Numbered from the stretch's first letter, positions 8,424-17,135 are shown. The stretch is 64,000 nt of DNA from Oscillospiraceae bacterium (GCA_022804995.1 JAAWUC010000002.1:464-64463); one strand, 5' to 3'. A program made the numbers and translations. Notes: generated by a model not told the origin, from the letters alone.

Positions 8424-9488
8424 TCACAGCGGCTTGTACGCCTCAATGCCAATGCCGTCGAAAGAGGGCATATCGAAATAGACCCCCAGGGCCATGTCAA
8501 TAAGCGGCATGAGGGACACCGCGCCGGTGCCCTCCCCCAGAGCCATGCCCAGCCGGAGCAGGGGCCGCAGGCCCAGTGCCTCTATCACCAGCCCCGCGCC
8601 GGGCTCGGCGGACAGGTGGGAGGGCAGCAGCACATCCGCCGCCGCCGGGCACAGCCGCGCCGCGATGAGCGCCGCCGCACCGGAGATGTACCCGTCCAGG
8701 ATCACCGGCACCCGGTGAAGGGCGCAGCCCAGATAGAACCCGGCCATAGCCGCGATGTCGAAGCCCCCCACCTTGCTCAGCACGCCGATGGGGTCGGCGG
8801 GGTCCGGCCTGTGGAGGGCCAGCGCCCTGTCAATCACCTGGATCTTCCGCTCCAGTCCCGCGTCGGAGAGGCCCGCGCCCTTGCCGGTCATCTCCCGGGC
8901 CGGCCGCTCCAGCAGAGCCGCCGCCACCGCGCTGGTGGTGGTGGTGTTGCCGATGCCCATCTCCCCGGCGGCAAGAAGGGTGTACCCCTCCCCCGCCAGC
9001 TCCCCGGCGATCTCCATGCCGCCCAGCAGGACGCTGACCGCCTCTCCGCGCTCCATGGCCGGCTCCACCGAGAGGTCCCGGGTGCCCCGGGCGGTCTTGA
9101 TGGAGCGCAGGCCCTCCACCTCCGCCAGCATCCCCGCGTCCACAGGGAGCACAACGGCCCCCGCCGTCCGGGCCATGCAGCAGACGCTGGACCGGCCGGT
9201 GCGCATATTCCCCGCCACCACGGCGGTGACGGAGCTGTCGGTCTGGGTGACGCCCTGGGCCACTACGCCGTTGTCGGCGCAGAACACGGCTACCGCTTTT
9301 TTCAGCTCCCGCCGCAGGGGGGCGGTCCCGGCCATCCGGGCCACCAGCCCCTCCAGCTCCCCCAGTCCGTGGAGGGGCTTGGCCACCGCGTCCCAGTGGC
9401 GCAGGGCCTGATCGGACCGCTCCCTGTCCGCCCCCCGGATCTCCGCCAGGGCCTCCCGGAGGCGCTGCTCCAGACGCTCCTGTTCCAT
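8424..9488 (-). CDS. cobT: nicotinate-nucleotide--dimethylbenzimidazole phosphoribosyltransferase
   Basis: The motifs GEMGIGNTTTTSAV, FCADNGV and AAMAGFYLG are typical of CobT. It starts 5 nt after the ybaB stop. Confidence 0.9.
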   Translation of the reverse strand: MEQERLEQRLREALAEIRGADRERSDQALRHWDAVAKPLHGLGELEGLVARMAGTAPLRRELKKAVAVFCADNGVVAQGVTQTDSSVTAVVAGNMRTGRSSVCCMARTAGAVVLPVDAGMLAEVEGLRSIKTARGTRDLSVEPAMERGEAVSVLLGGMEIAGELAGEGYTLLAAGEMGIGNTTTTSAVAAALLERPAREMTGKGAGLSDAGLERKIQVIDRALALHRPDPADPIGVLSKVGGFDIAAMAGFYLGCALHRVPVILDGYISGAAALIAARLCPAAADVLLPSHLSAEPGAGLVIEALGLRPLLRLGMALGEGTGAVSLMPLIDMALGVYFDMPSFDGIGIEAYKPL

Positions 9489-9493
9489 CCCGC

Positions 9494-9862
9494 TTACAGG
9501 CCGAAAGCGCCCAGGTTCACGCCGCCGCCGATGCCGTCCATAGTCTTGGTCATGGCCTCGTCGGCCTGGCGCAGGGCCTCGTTGACGGCGGAGAGCACCA
9601 TATCCTGGACCATCTCCGCGTCGTCAGGGGAGAGCGCCTCGGGGCTGATGGTCAGCTCGGTGAGCTCCTTCTTCCCATTGCACACGGCCTTCACCGTGCC
9701 GCCGCCCACAGAGGCGGAGAACAGGGTCTTCTCCACCTCCTCCTGGGCCTTCTCAATGTCCTTCTGCATCTTCAGCAGCTTCTGCTGCATCTGGGCCTGC
9801 TGGCGCATCATGCCGCCAGCGTTCATACCCGCCGCGCCGCGGGGAAATCCGCCTTTTGCCAT
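9494..9862 (-). CDS. ybaB: nucleoid-associated protein YbaB/EbfC
   Basis: MQQKLLKMQKDIEKAQEEV...GGGTVKAVCNGKKEL...I is classical YbaB. It lies downstream of dnaX. Confidence 0.9.
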   Translation of the reverse strand: MAKGGFPRGAAGMNAGGMMRQQAQMQQKLLKMQKDIEKAQEEVEKTLFSASVGGGTVKAVCNGKKELTELTISPEALSPDDAEMVQDMVLSAVNEALRQADEAMTKTMDGIGGGVNLGAFGL

Positions 9863-9869
9863 GGTGTTC

Positions 9870-10580
9870 TCCTTTGTTTGTTGATATTATTGTCTCTTTT
9901 ACCTTTTGTGCTGCTATATTCTCATATGTGATATAATCAATATCACGATAGCCCAAGCTGCAAATCTCACCGTTTCTTGCACAAACATATCCTACCGCGA
10001 TATCCTCCCGATACAGCAGATATATCAACCACTCATTCGGCGCTAAAAAAATACGTTCTGAATTCCAATATGTCTCGGGGCCGGATTGATATATTTTCCT
10101 AAATTCAGAAAAATTACTTTCAGTAACCCTTACAATTCCATCCGCTTCGGCTCGTATGGCAGAGCTGTCAAAAACAAAAATATCAGGGCAGAGATTGCGT
10201 TGGTATTTCTTTTTGGGAATCCTAAATACAGGTCATATCCTGTAAAATGCACACCGGCATATTCCAAGAACTCTGTTAAAGCCTGTTCTGTATTTCTGTT
10301 AATGAGAACCCTGATAGAAAAATTGAATCCATCCATCAACTGCTCCGTCTATAACAAAAAGAAGAATCTCCCGATCTTCGTTACGGTAACTTTTCCAAAC
10401 ATAATCCACAAATTCCTCTTTTGTAGAAACACCGTCCGACCAAAGAGGATAGCCAGATTTTGTCTGATCTAATGCCAATGAGTATGCAAAATCCATGTAT
10501 TGCTCTATATCTTCTTTTGCAGCCTTTACTAACATTTTCCTACATTTCTTAAGTTCCAGATTTATCAGACAGTTATCCAT
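9870..10580 (-). pseudogene. frameshifted acetyltransferase-like (GNAT-like, weak) gene in an AT-rich insert
   Basis: Three overlapping minus-strand reading-frame pieces in three different frames tile the insert. They are 10580-10299 (MDNCL...EILLFVIDGAVDGWIQFF), 10339-10130 (...ALTEFLEYAGVHFTGYDLYLGFPKRNTNAISAL) and 10232 down to about 9870 (...IVRVTESNFSEFRKIY...WLIYLLYREDIAVGYVCARNGEICSLGY). The last piece has no ATG near its beginning. Confidence 0.45.
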
Positions 10581-10631
10581 TAAAGATCAAGAAATTGTAC
10601 TCTCAGCAAGACAGAAGGTAAAAGGAGGATA

Positions 10632-12326
10632 TTATTTGACCACAAAATTGTCATATTTTCCGCCTCTGCGGATAAGCTCCTCCAGCTTGTCCGGGGCGGA
10701 CGCCCCGGCGGGGCTTTCCCCCGCCGCGCCCACCACGAACTGCACCCGCACGGACCGGCCCAGGTGCTCCGCTGTCAAGCGCTGGATCTCCTGGGCCGCC
10801 TCGCTGCCCTCCAGGGACTCACGGGTCAGCTCGTCCCCGCAGCGGACCACCAGCACATCCCCCTCCAGCGCGCCGTGGGCGTCGTCAAGCATGTACTGGT
10901 ACATGGGGGAGACGTGGTCCTTGAACCGCTCAATCAGCGTCTCCCACAGACCGCCGCTGGACCCCGGCGCCGGCTTGGCGGGCCGCTCCGGCGCCTCTAT
11001 CGAACCCGGTTCCGGCGGGGGAGCATCCCCGTCCCCCGGCGGAGGCGGCGCCTCCCAGGGGGGCGTCTCTTCCTTCGCCGGGGCCGGAATGGGGGCCGGG
11101 TCCTCCCAGGGCGGCGCGTCCGGCGCTGGGGCCGGTTTCGCCCCGGAGGACTGAACGGGCCTGGGTTCTGCCGGAACCGCCGCCGGCAGTCCCCCCTCCT
11201 CCAGCCGGGCGATCCGCGCCGCCAAGGCCGTCACATCCCCGCACAGGCTCTCGTCGCACAGCTTCATCAGGCACAGCTCCGCATCGGTGCGGCGGTTCAC
11301 GCTCAGGGGCAGCGCCGCCGCAGCGGCCTGGAGCTGGCCGGTCATGTGGATCAGCCGGGCGGGGCTCGTCCCCCGAGCCAGCCGGTCCAGCGCGGCCAGC
11401 TCATAGCTCCCCGAGAGCAGCGCCGCCCCGCCCTGGGGCGCGGTCACGCGGATGAGCAGGTCCCGGGCCAAAGCGGAGAGCTCCCCCAGAAGGGCCCCCA
11501 CGTCCTTCCCGCCGCTGTAGAGCTCGTCGAGCAGCGTCAGGGCCCCGGGCACATCCCGCCGGAGAATCCGGTCCATCAGCTCCGCCGTCCGCAGGCTTCC
11601 CGTCAGCCCCAGCACGTCCAGCACCCGCTGGCTGTCCACGGTCCCCCCTGCCGCGCCGCACTGGTCCAGCAGGCTCAGCGCGTCCCGCAGAGCCCCGTCG
11701 GCCAGCCGGGCCAGGAGCTCCGCCGCCTCCGGCCGCAGGTCCATGCCCTCTTCCCCCGCCACGTAGGCCAGCCGCCCGGCGATGTCGGCGGGCTGAATGC
11801 GCTTGAAGGCGAACCTCTGGCACCGGGAGAGGATGGTGGCGGGAACTTTGTGGAGCTCGGTGGTAGCCAGGATAAAGATTAGGTGGGCCGGGGGCTCCTC
11901 CAGAATCTTCAGCAGGGCGTTGAAGGCCGCGGTGGACAGCATGTGGACCTCGTCGATGATGTACACCCGGTAGGTCAGTCCGGCGGGGGCGTAGATCGCC
12001 TCGTCCCGGAGGGCGCGGACGTGGTCCACGCCGTTGTTGGAGGCGGCGTCCAGCTCCAGCACATCCAGCAGGCTCCCGTTGTCGATGCCCAGACAGGCGG
12101 GGCACCGGTTGCAGGGGTCCCCGTCCACCGGATGATGGCAGTTGACCGCTTTGGCCAGAATTTTGGCGCAGGTGGTCTTGCCGGTGCCCCGGGTGCCGGT
12201 GAAGAGGTAGGCGTGGCTGAGCCTCCCCTCCGCCGCCTGACGGCGGAGGGTGCCGGTGATGTGCTCCTGGCCCACCACATCCGCGAAGGCCCTTGGCCGC
12301 CACTTGCGGTAGAGCGCTTGATACAT
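10632..12326 (-). CDS. dnaX: DNA polymerase III subunit gamma/tau
   Basis: Start moved to the ATG at 12326 (MYQALYRKWRPRAFADVVGQEHI). Walker A GTRGTGKTTCAKILAK, zinc module CNRCPAC, Pro-rich linker. The 83-codon extension in the track overlaps the SRP RNA gene. Confidence 0.9.
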   Translation of the reverse strand: MYQALYRKWRPRAFADVVGQEHITGTLRRQAAEGRLSHAYLFTGTRGTGKTTCAKILAKAVNCHHPVDGDPCNRCPACLGIDNGSLLDVLELDAASNNGVDHVRALRDEAIYAPAGLTYRVYIIDEVHMLSTAAFNALLKILEEPPAHLIFILATTELHKVPATILSRCQRFAFKRIQPADIAGRLAYVAGEEGMDLRPEAAELLARLADGALRDALSLLDQCGAAGGTVDSQRVLDVLGLTGSLRTAELMDRILRRDVPGALTLLDELYSGGKDVGALLGELSALARDLLIRVTAPQGGAALLSGSYELAALDRLARGTSPARLIHMTGQLQAAAAALPLSVNRRTDAELCLMKLCDESLCGDVTALAARIARLEEGGLPAAVPAEPRPVQSSGAKPAPAPDAPPWEDPAPIPAPAKEETPPWEAPPPPGDGDAPPPEPGSIEAPERPAKPAPGSSGGLWETLIERFKDHVSPMYQYMLDDAHGALEGDVLVVRCGDELTRESLEGSEAAQEIQRLTAEHLGRSVRVQFVVGAAGESPAGASAPDKLEELIRRGGKYDNFVVK

Positions 12327-12354
12327 AGAAGGCCGCCCCCTTTTCCGGTTCGCA

Positions 12355-12379
12355 GAAAAAATGCGGCCAAAGGCCGCAT
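12355..12379 (-). terminator. intrinsic terminator of the SRP RNA gene
   Basis: On the minus strand, ATGCGGCC-TTT-GGCCGCAT is followed by TTTTTT. Confidence 0.7.
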
Positions 12380-12380
12380 C

Positions 12381-12566
12381 ATGTCTGGCTTTCACACCGT
12401 CAAATACCCTCCGCAAGCATCCGCTCCGAACCGGAGCCCTCGCGGCACATATCCTCCCGCTTAATGCTGCTCGGTTCCCCGCCTGACATGGTTCACGGGC
12501 ATCCATTGCGCGAGACCGGAACCTCAACACGAATGCCTGCGGAGGATATTCCACAGTGTCCTGCTT
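12381..12566 (-). ncRNA. ffs: signal recognition particle RNA (scRNA/4.5S-type)
   Basis: The minus strand reads ...GCGCAATGGATGCCCGTGAACCATGTCAGGCGGGGAACCGAGCAGCATTAAGCGGGAGGATATGTGCCGCGAGGG... This parallels the B. subtilis scRNA domain IV core (GCGCAAUGG..AUGAACCAUGUCAGGUCCGGAAGGAAGCAGCAUUAAGUG...AUGUGCCGCAGGG). The 5' ATATCCTCCGCAGGCAT pairs with the 3' ATGCTTGCGGAGGGTAT. The position upstream of dnaX is the classic Firmicutes location. The exact ends are approximate. Confidence 0.85.
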
Positions 12567-12595
12567 ATTATACACGAAGTTTGCCCGGAATTCAA
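12567..12595 (-). promoter_or_regulatory. sigma-A promoter of ffs
   Basis: Minus strand TTGAAT (12595-12590), 17 nt spacer, TATAAT (12572-12567). Confidence 0.7.
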
Positions 12596-12697
12596 GAGGA
12601 AAATTCCAAAGGGGCAGGGTCAGGAGATTTTTATGAGAAAACGTACAAATCCTCTCAAGCGCATCTGGATCTGCCGGGCCATTATCAACAGGATCGG

Positions 12698-12970
12698 GGC
12701 ATTCTGCTGGCCAGTCCCCAGCTCTGCGAGCTGAGCCTAACCCTCACCGACGGGTGGCTGGCGGTCATCGTCGGGGACCTGTTCCTCATGGCCCAGGTGC
12801 TGAAGCTGCTGTTGAAGATCGCGGAGCAGTACAGTGCTGGAGCCTCAATATTCTGACGGCTTTATCCCCAAGCTGCTCTATGAGATCATCAACAAGCGCA
12901 CAGCCTTCGGATCAGGCTGCCGGAAGGCGTGTTTGATATGACCACTGCCGTACACGGGATTTTTCAGTAA
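12698..12970 (+). pseudogene. decayed 3' fragment of a sensor histidine kinase (HATPase domain)
   Basis: An N-box-like VIVGDLFLMAQVLKLLLKIAEQY is followed, in other frames, by GFIPKLLYEIINKRTAFGSG and GVFDMTTAVHGIFQ*. There is no H-box or N-terminal part, and there are multiple frame breaks. Confidence 0.4.
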
Positions 12971-13010
12971 AACATAGTGAGGAACCGCGGCTACGGTTCC
13001 TCACTATGTT
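12971..13010. terminator. 17 bp perfect inverted repeat (bidirectional terminator-like hairpin)
   Basis: AACATAGTGAGGAACCG-CGGCTA-CGGTTCCTCACTATGTT. It lies at the 3' ends of both the kinase fragment and the transposase remnant. Confidence 0.6.
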
Positions 13011-13328
13011 CTAAAGCTGAAAGCTGCTCATCACAAAATTGTTTCAAATCTGGAATATCTGTTGTAACTACATCCCAAAGGAGGAGCATCTGGATGGATC
13101 CATCCCGATCAGACACATTGGCGGCTGTTACGGCTATGGCATGGGGCAATCCCATCGTATCAACTATGACGCGGCGTATGATGCCAGACACTTTTTCCCT
13201 GCGTCATAACCCTTTTTCTCCGCTGTATCCGCATTTTGTACGCTCTGCGCGTCAACAATTCCACCGGGTTGGTTTCTTTGCCTCTTCCAAATTCTCTCGG
13301 ATCGGCTTATATCCTTCCCGGCTGATAA
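12991..13328 (-). mobile_element. IS5-family (DDE) transposase remnant, N-terminally truncated and frameshifted
   Basis: The minus-strand translation ...SERIWKRQRNQPGGIVDAQSVQNADTAEKKGYDAGKK, a 1-nt frame break near 13190, then VSGIIRRVIVDTMGLPHAIAVTAANVSDRDGSIQML matches the conserved IS5-family core. No inverted repeats or N-terminal half are present. Confidence 0.65.
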
Positions 13329-13339
13329 ATGGCGCCGGT

Positions 13340-14344
13340 CTATTTTTTATCCCAAATCTTATTGAGATAGTAGCAGAAGCGGCAGTCGTTGATCTCCAGC
13401 TGCCGGTCAAAAATGCCATCGTCGCAGAGTTTTCTCATGTAGCAAAAGCACCCCTTGCCACCGCTGTATTTCAGGTGCTCCTCAAAACCGGCGGCCCGAA
13501 GGGCCTCCGACAGCCCCTCCATGTTAGGGCTGCGCCGGGCCCGGACCCGCTTGCCGTCCTTCTCAAAGACGGAGGGGCTGCGGTCCATATAGGGGGTGTA
13601 GAACTCCTGGCCCTCATGGGCGTGGCCGTTGAGGATATAGGCAGCGGTAGCCAGATACCGGTCCACATACGCCGCGTCGTGAATGCCGTTCCCGGCGCAC
13701 AGGGTGTCATAGGCGTCGCGGAAGGAGGCCCAGCGTTTCAGGTTGCGGTAGGAGTGCTCCACAGAGACCTGACTGTCAAAGAAGTTGCCGTTCAGCTCGT
13801 CGCCGCAGAACAGGATGCGCTCCCGTCGATCCAGGAATTGGAGGGAGCCCTCCCGGTGCTCGTCAATGGCGAAAACTTCCAACGCCCGGCCTTTGAGGTT
13901 GATAACGTCGCCGTCCTTGAGAAAAACCACAGGATAGTCGTCCGGAATATCCTTAAGGACCTCGAAGTCACCGAAGGTTTCACACCGTCCCGCATAGCTC
14001 TTCTCCGACATATAGACCACCTCGAACTGGTAGTTGTTCATGGTGTGGTCGAAGTGGTTATGGGTGTTGAAGAGCCGGGTGAGGGGCTTGCCGGGGACCA
14101 GGGATTGGCAGAACTCCCGGATATTTCCCGCGCCGCAGCCGCTGTCGATGACGATCACCTCGTCGTCTCCCTCAATGACATAGCTGTGGTCGCCGTCGCT
14201 GAGGACCTGCCAGGTACCGGGGGCAACCTGCTTCGCCTTGAAATAGGGCTGGTCCATGGGCTGCATATTTCCCTCGTCATCCTCCACCAGAATGTCATGG
14301 AGCGCGGAGAGATCCAGTGCCGGCATACCTTTTTTCCACTGCAT
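13340..14344 (-). CDS. MBL-fold metallo-hydrolase with C-terminal Cys-containing extension
   Basis: HxHxDH motif NTHNHFDHT, and later FCGDEL. There is an extra C-terminal stretch of about 100 aa (…GKGCFCYMRKLCDDG…DCRFCYYL). Confidence 0.85.
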   Translation of the reverse strand: MQWKKGMPALDLSALHDILVEDDEGNMQPMDQPYFKAKQVAPGTWQVLSDGDHSYVIEGDDEVIVIDSGCGAGNIREFCQSLVPGKPLTRLFNTHNHFDHTMNNYQFEVVYMSEKSYAGRCETFGDFEVLKDIPDDYPVVFLKDGDVINLKGRALEVFAIDEHREGSLQFLDRRERILFCGDELNGNFFDSQVSVEHSYRNLKRWASFRDAYDTLCAGNGIHDAAYVDRYLATAAYILNGHAHEGQEFYTPYMDRSPSVFEKDGKRVRARRSPNMEGLSEALRAAGFEEHLKYSGGKGCFCYMRKLCDDGIFDRQLEINDCRFCYYLNKIWDKK

Positions 14345-14592
14345 AGGGGTCTTCCTTTCCCGCCGGAGTATTGTCCGGTAAATAAAATTTTATAAAAGCG
14401 ATATTGCTTTATATGAAAATTATCATATAATTTATATAAAGTCAAGTTAATTTCACAAAAATAGCAAAGCAAACAATTTTTATCTTCTATTTTTATGCGT
14501 ATTGAACAACTCTGATTTATAGTGAGATAAAAATGCCAAAAATAGCTTTCTAATAATTTATATAAATTTTAGCTAATCACCCGGAGAATCTG

Positions 14593-14622
14593 TTGACTTG
14601 CGGGTTTGTGATGTGCTATGAT
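14593..14622 (+). promoter_or_regulatory. candidate promoter of the LacI-family regulator gene
   Basis: TTGACT (14593-14598), 18 nt spacer, TGC-TATGAT (extended -10, 14617-14622). Confidence 0.5.
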
Positions 14623-14657
14623 AAAGAAAATCTTCAAAACAGCGAGGGAGAGAGCAC

Positions 14658-15671
14658 ATGGCGATTACAGCAAAAGAATTGGCAAAGGAGCTGGGGGTTT
14701 CCCCCGCCGCAGTTTCAATCGCGCTCAACGGACGAACCGGAATCAGCGAGAAGAAGCGGCAAATAATTCTGGAGGCGGCTGAGAGCGCTGGGCTGCGCCG
14801 GGACAGCCGGAAAACACCCGTCTCCCCGGTGATCCATCTGGTGATCTTCAAGAAGCACGGTATGGTCTATGGAGATACGCCGTTTTTTTCCGCGCTGCTG
14901 GAGGGCGTGAGCGCCCAAGTGTCAGAGTCTGGCTGCCGGCTGCAGGTGTCCTATTTCTACGCGGCACAGGATGATAAAGAGCAGCTCCAGGGGATCGCCT
15001 CCTCCGACTGCGCCGGAATTCTGTTGCTGGCCACGGAAATGGAGTACGAGGATCTGTGCTGTTTCATGGCGCTGAAGCTCCCGGTGGTGATACTGGACAG
15101 TTTTTTTGAGAACGCACCCTTTGACAGCGTGGTGATCAACAATGTCCAGGGCGCGGTGCAAGCGGTGGAGTATCTGCTGGCCTGCGGGCATCGCCATCTG
15201 GGCCATATTCGGTCCAGCGTGGAGATCAGTAATTTCTACGAGCGCCATATTGGCTGTCTAAAAGGCGTCAAAGACTGTGTGGAAGGAGGGCGCTGTACAT
15301 TAGATACCATTTTTACCGGATCAACCCACGAGACGGCTTACCGCGATATGAACCGATACTTGGAGGAGAATCCGGTTCTGCCCACCGCGTTTTTCGCCGA
15401 TAACGATATTATTGCCGGCGGCTGTATGCGGGCTCTCCGGGAGCACGGCTACAATATTCCGGAAGACGTCTCCATAGTGGGATTTGACGATGTTCCAACG
15501 GCCAACGTGGGTTTTCCGGGACTGACGACTGTCAATGTTCCAAAGGAATATTTGGGAAAGTTTGCGGTGCAGAAGCTCCTGGAGCGGATAAGGAGTAAGG
15601 AGCCAACTCCCACAACAAAAACCTGCGTCAATACGGCACTGGTGATCCGGGATACCGTGAAGCGGCTGTAG
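14658..15671 (+). CDS. LacI-family transcriptional regulator
   Basis: N-terminal HTH ITAKELAKELGVSPAAVSIALNG followed by a periplasmic-binding-protein-like sugar-binding core. Confidence 0.9.
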   Translation: MAITAKELAKELGVSPAAVSIALNGRTGISEKKRQIILEAAESAGLRRDSRKTPVSPVIHLVIFKKHGMVYGDTPFFSALLEGVSAQVSESGCRLQVSYFYAAQDDKEQLQGIASSDCAGILLLATEMEYEDLCCFMALKLPVVILDSFFENAPFDSVVINNVQGAVQAVEYLLACGHRHLGHIRSSVEISNFYERHIGCLKGVKDCVEGGRCTLDTIFTGSTHETAYRDMNRYLEENPVLPTAFFADNDIIAGGCMRALREHGYNIPEDVSIVGFDDVPTANVGFPGLTTVNVPKEYLGKFAVQKLLERIRSKEPTPTTKTCVNTALVIRDTVKRL

Positions 15672-15703
15672 CAGCGCGGCGGATACCAGGCAGAAACTTT
15701 TAT

Positions 15704-15733
15704 GGGAAAGCCAGCAGGCTTTCCCGATTTTTT
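15704..15733 (+). terminator. intrinsic terminator after the LacI gene
   Basis: GGGAAAGCC-AGCA-GGCTTTCCC followed by GATTTTTTAT. Confidence 0.7.
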
Positions 15734-15872
15734 ATCTCTAAAGCTAAATAGTGTATAAATTATTTAGTTCTTAACTGCCGTTGAAAACCACAAACCGCAG
15801 CAAGGTATTTAGATAATATAGCTAAAAACACCATTCAAGTCCTGTACAAAACGCTGTTTTTGTAAAAATTGC

Positions 15873-15901
15873 TTGACAGTTTCAAAAATATACGCTATTC
15901 T
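15873..15901 (+). promoter_or_regulatory. candidate promoter of the sugar-utilisation operon
   Basis: TTGACA (15873-15878), 17 nt spacer, TATTCT (15896-15901). The inverted repeat TACAAAA-N6-TTTTGTA at 15845-15864, just upstream, is a candidate LacI-type operator. Confidence 0.45.
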
Positions 15902-16007
15902 TTAGAAAAATAACACGAATTGTTTATTTTATAATTTAGTTACAACAGATATAATCGGAACTCTTGGATTCCGTTTATATAAAAACATACGAAGAAGGAG
16001 CAGAAAA

Positions 16008-17135
16008 ATGAAAAAGAAGTTTTTAGCACTCTTACTCACCTTCACAATGGTCCTGGGCCTGGCGGCCTGCGGCGGCGGAAGCGGCGGACAGACGCCCAAC
16101 GGCGACACGCAATCCGGCGGCGGCCAGCAGCAGACCGACGCCCAGCAGCCCAGCGGCGGCGAGACGGCCGGCTCCGCCGGCAAGATCGCGGTCATCCGCA
16201 ACATGGAGAATTCCGACCACACAGCTCAGTTCTTCCAGGGCTGTATTGATGAGGGCGAGGCCCTGGGCTACACGGTCGATACCTTTATGTCCAACCAGGA
16301 CGACGTAGTAATGCAGGATCTGATGGAGCAGGCCCTGTCCAAGGACTACGACATCTGGATTGTCTCCCATGCCAATGAGGGCTATCAGTACGAGGTGATT
16401 TCCAAGGCTGTGGAGAAGGGCATCAAGGTCGTAGGCTTCGACTGCGGCGGCGAGCATGTTCCCGGCGTTACATACACCTCCCAGAACGATATTGCCCTCT
16501 CCCAGCTGTCCCTGGACGCTATGATTGAGGGCGTAGAAGCCGCCGGTGGCCAGCAGCCTGTGAAGTTTGCTGAAATCAATATTCTTGGACTCATCGTTCC
16601 CTTTGATACCCGCCACGGTGTCATCGAGGAGTACATGGCCGGCGGCAAGCTGGACTGCGTGGAGATCATCTCCCCCAACCTGGGCGGCGACACCTACAGC
16701 CAGATCTACACCGCCACCACGACCGTGCTCAACAAGAACGAGGGCAAGATCGGCCTGTGGGCCGCCAGCTCCGGCTTCCTGGACGGCGCGGTGGACGCCA
16801 TCAACGATGCCGGCCGTCAGGACGACGTAACCATCACCGCGGTGGATATCTCCAATACCGAGCTGGCCCGCATGGTCAGCGCCCCCAACTACTACGCCTG
16901 TGCCGCTGTTGACCCCTATGTTATCGGCATGGTGGATGTGCGCCTGGCGGTGCTGAAGGTGCTGGGCGTGGAGACCCCGGAGACCTACGCCCTGGAGCCT
17001 GTGAATATCTACGGCAGTCAGATCACCGACAGCGACGACATGTCCAACCTGGACCAGAAGTTTGATGATTTCGGCTCCACGGAGGCGTTCAACACTGACG
17101 AGATCGAGGCGGAGCGGGATAAGTACGCCAAGTAG
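16008..17135 (+). CDS. sugar ABC transporter substrate-binding lipoprotein (RbsB-like PBP type I)
   Basis: Signal peptide plus lipobox LGLAACGGGS, a Gly/Gln-rich linker, then a PBP fold. It is the first gene after the promoter. Confidence 0.85.
   Translation: MKKKFLALLLTFTMVLGLAACGGGSGGQTPNGDTQSGGGQQQTDAQQPSGGETAGSAGKIAVIRNMENSDHTAQFFQGCIDEGEALGYTVDTFMSNQDDVVMQDLMEQALSKDYDIWIVSHANEGYQYEVISKAVEKGIKVVGFDCGGEHVPGVTYTSQNDIALSQLSLDAMIEGVEAAGGQQPVKFAEINILGLIVPFDTRHGVIEEYMAGGKLDCVEIISPNLGGDTYSQIYTATTTVLNKNEGKIGLWAASSGFLDGAVDAINDAGRQDDVTITAVDISNTELARMVSAPNYYACAAVDPYVIGMVDVRLAVLKVLGVETPETYALEPVNIYGSQITDSDDMSNLDQKFDDFGSTEAFNTDEIEAERDKYAK

Noticed and set aside
10086-10472. 128-aa plus-strand ORF in the AT-rich insert.
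   Set aside because: It is antisense to the frameshifted acetyltransferase-like pieces. Long ORFs arise easily in this orientation, and there is no RBS or recognisable motif.
12327-12575. N-terminal 83-codon extension of dnaX in the ORF track.
   Set aside because: The extension overlaps the SRP RNA gene, its promoter-proximal region and its terminator. The canonical DnaX N-terminus (MYQALYRKWRP) begins at 12326 with its own RBS.
12464-12856. 130-aa plus-strand ORF as a real gene.
   Set aside because: Its first half is antisense to the SRP RNA gene. Only its last ~50 residues look protein-like (kinase N-box fragment), and there is no RBS or start context. It is treated as a pseudogene fragment.
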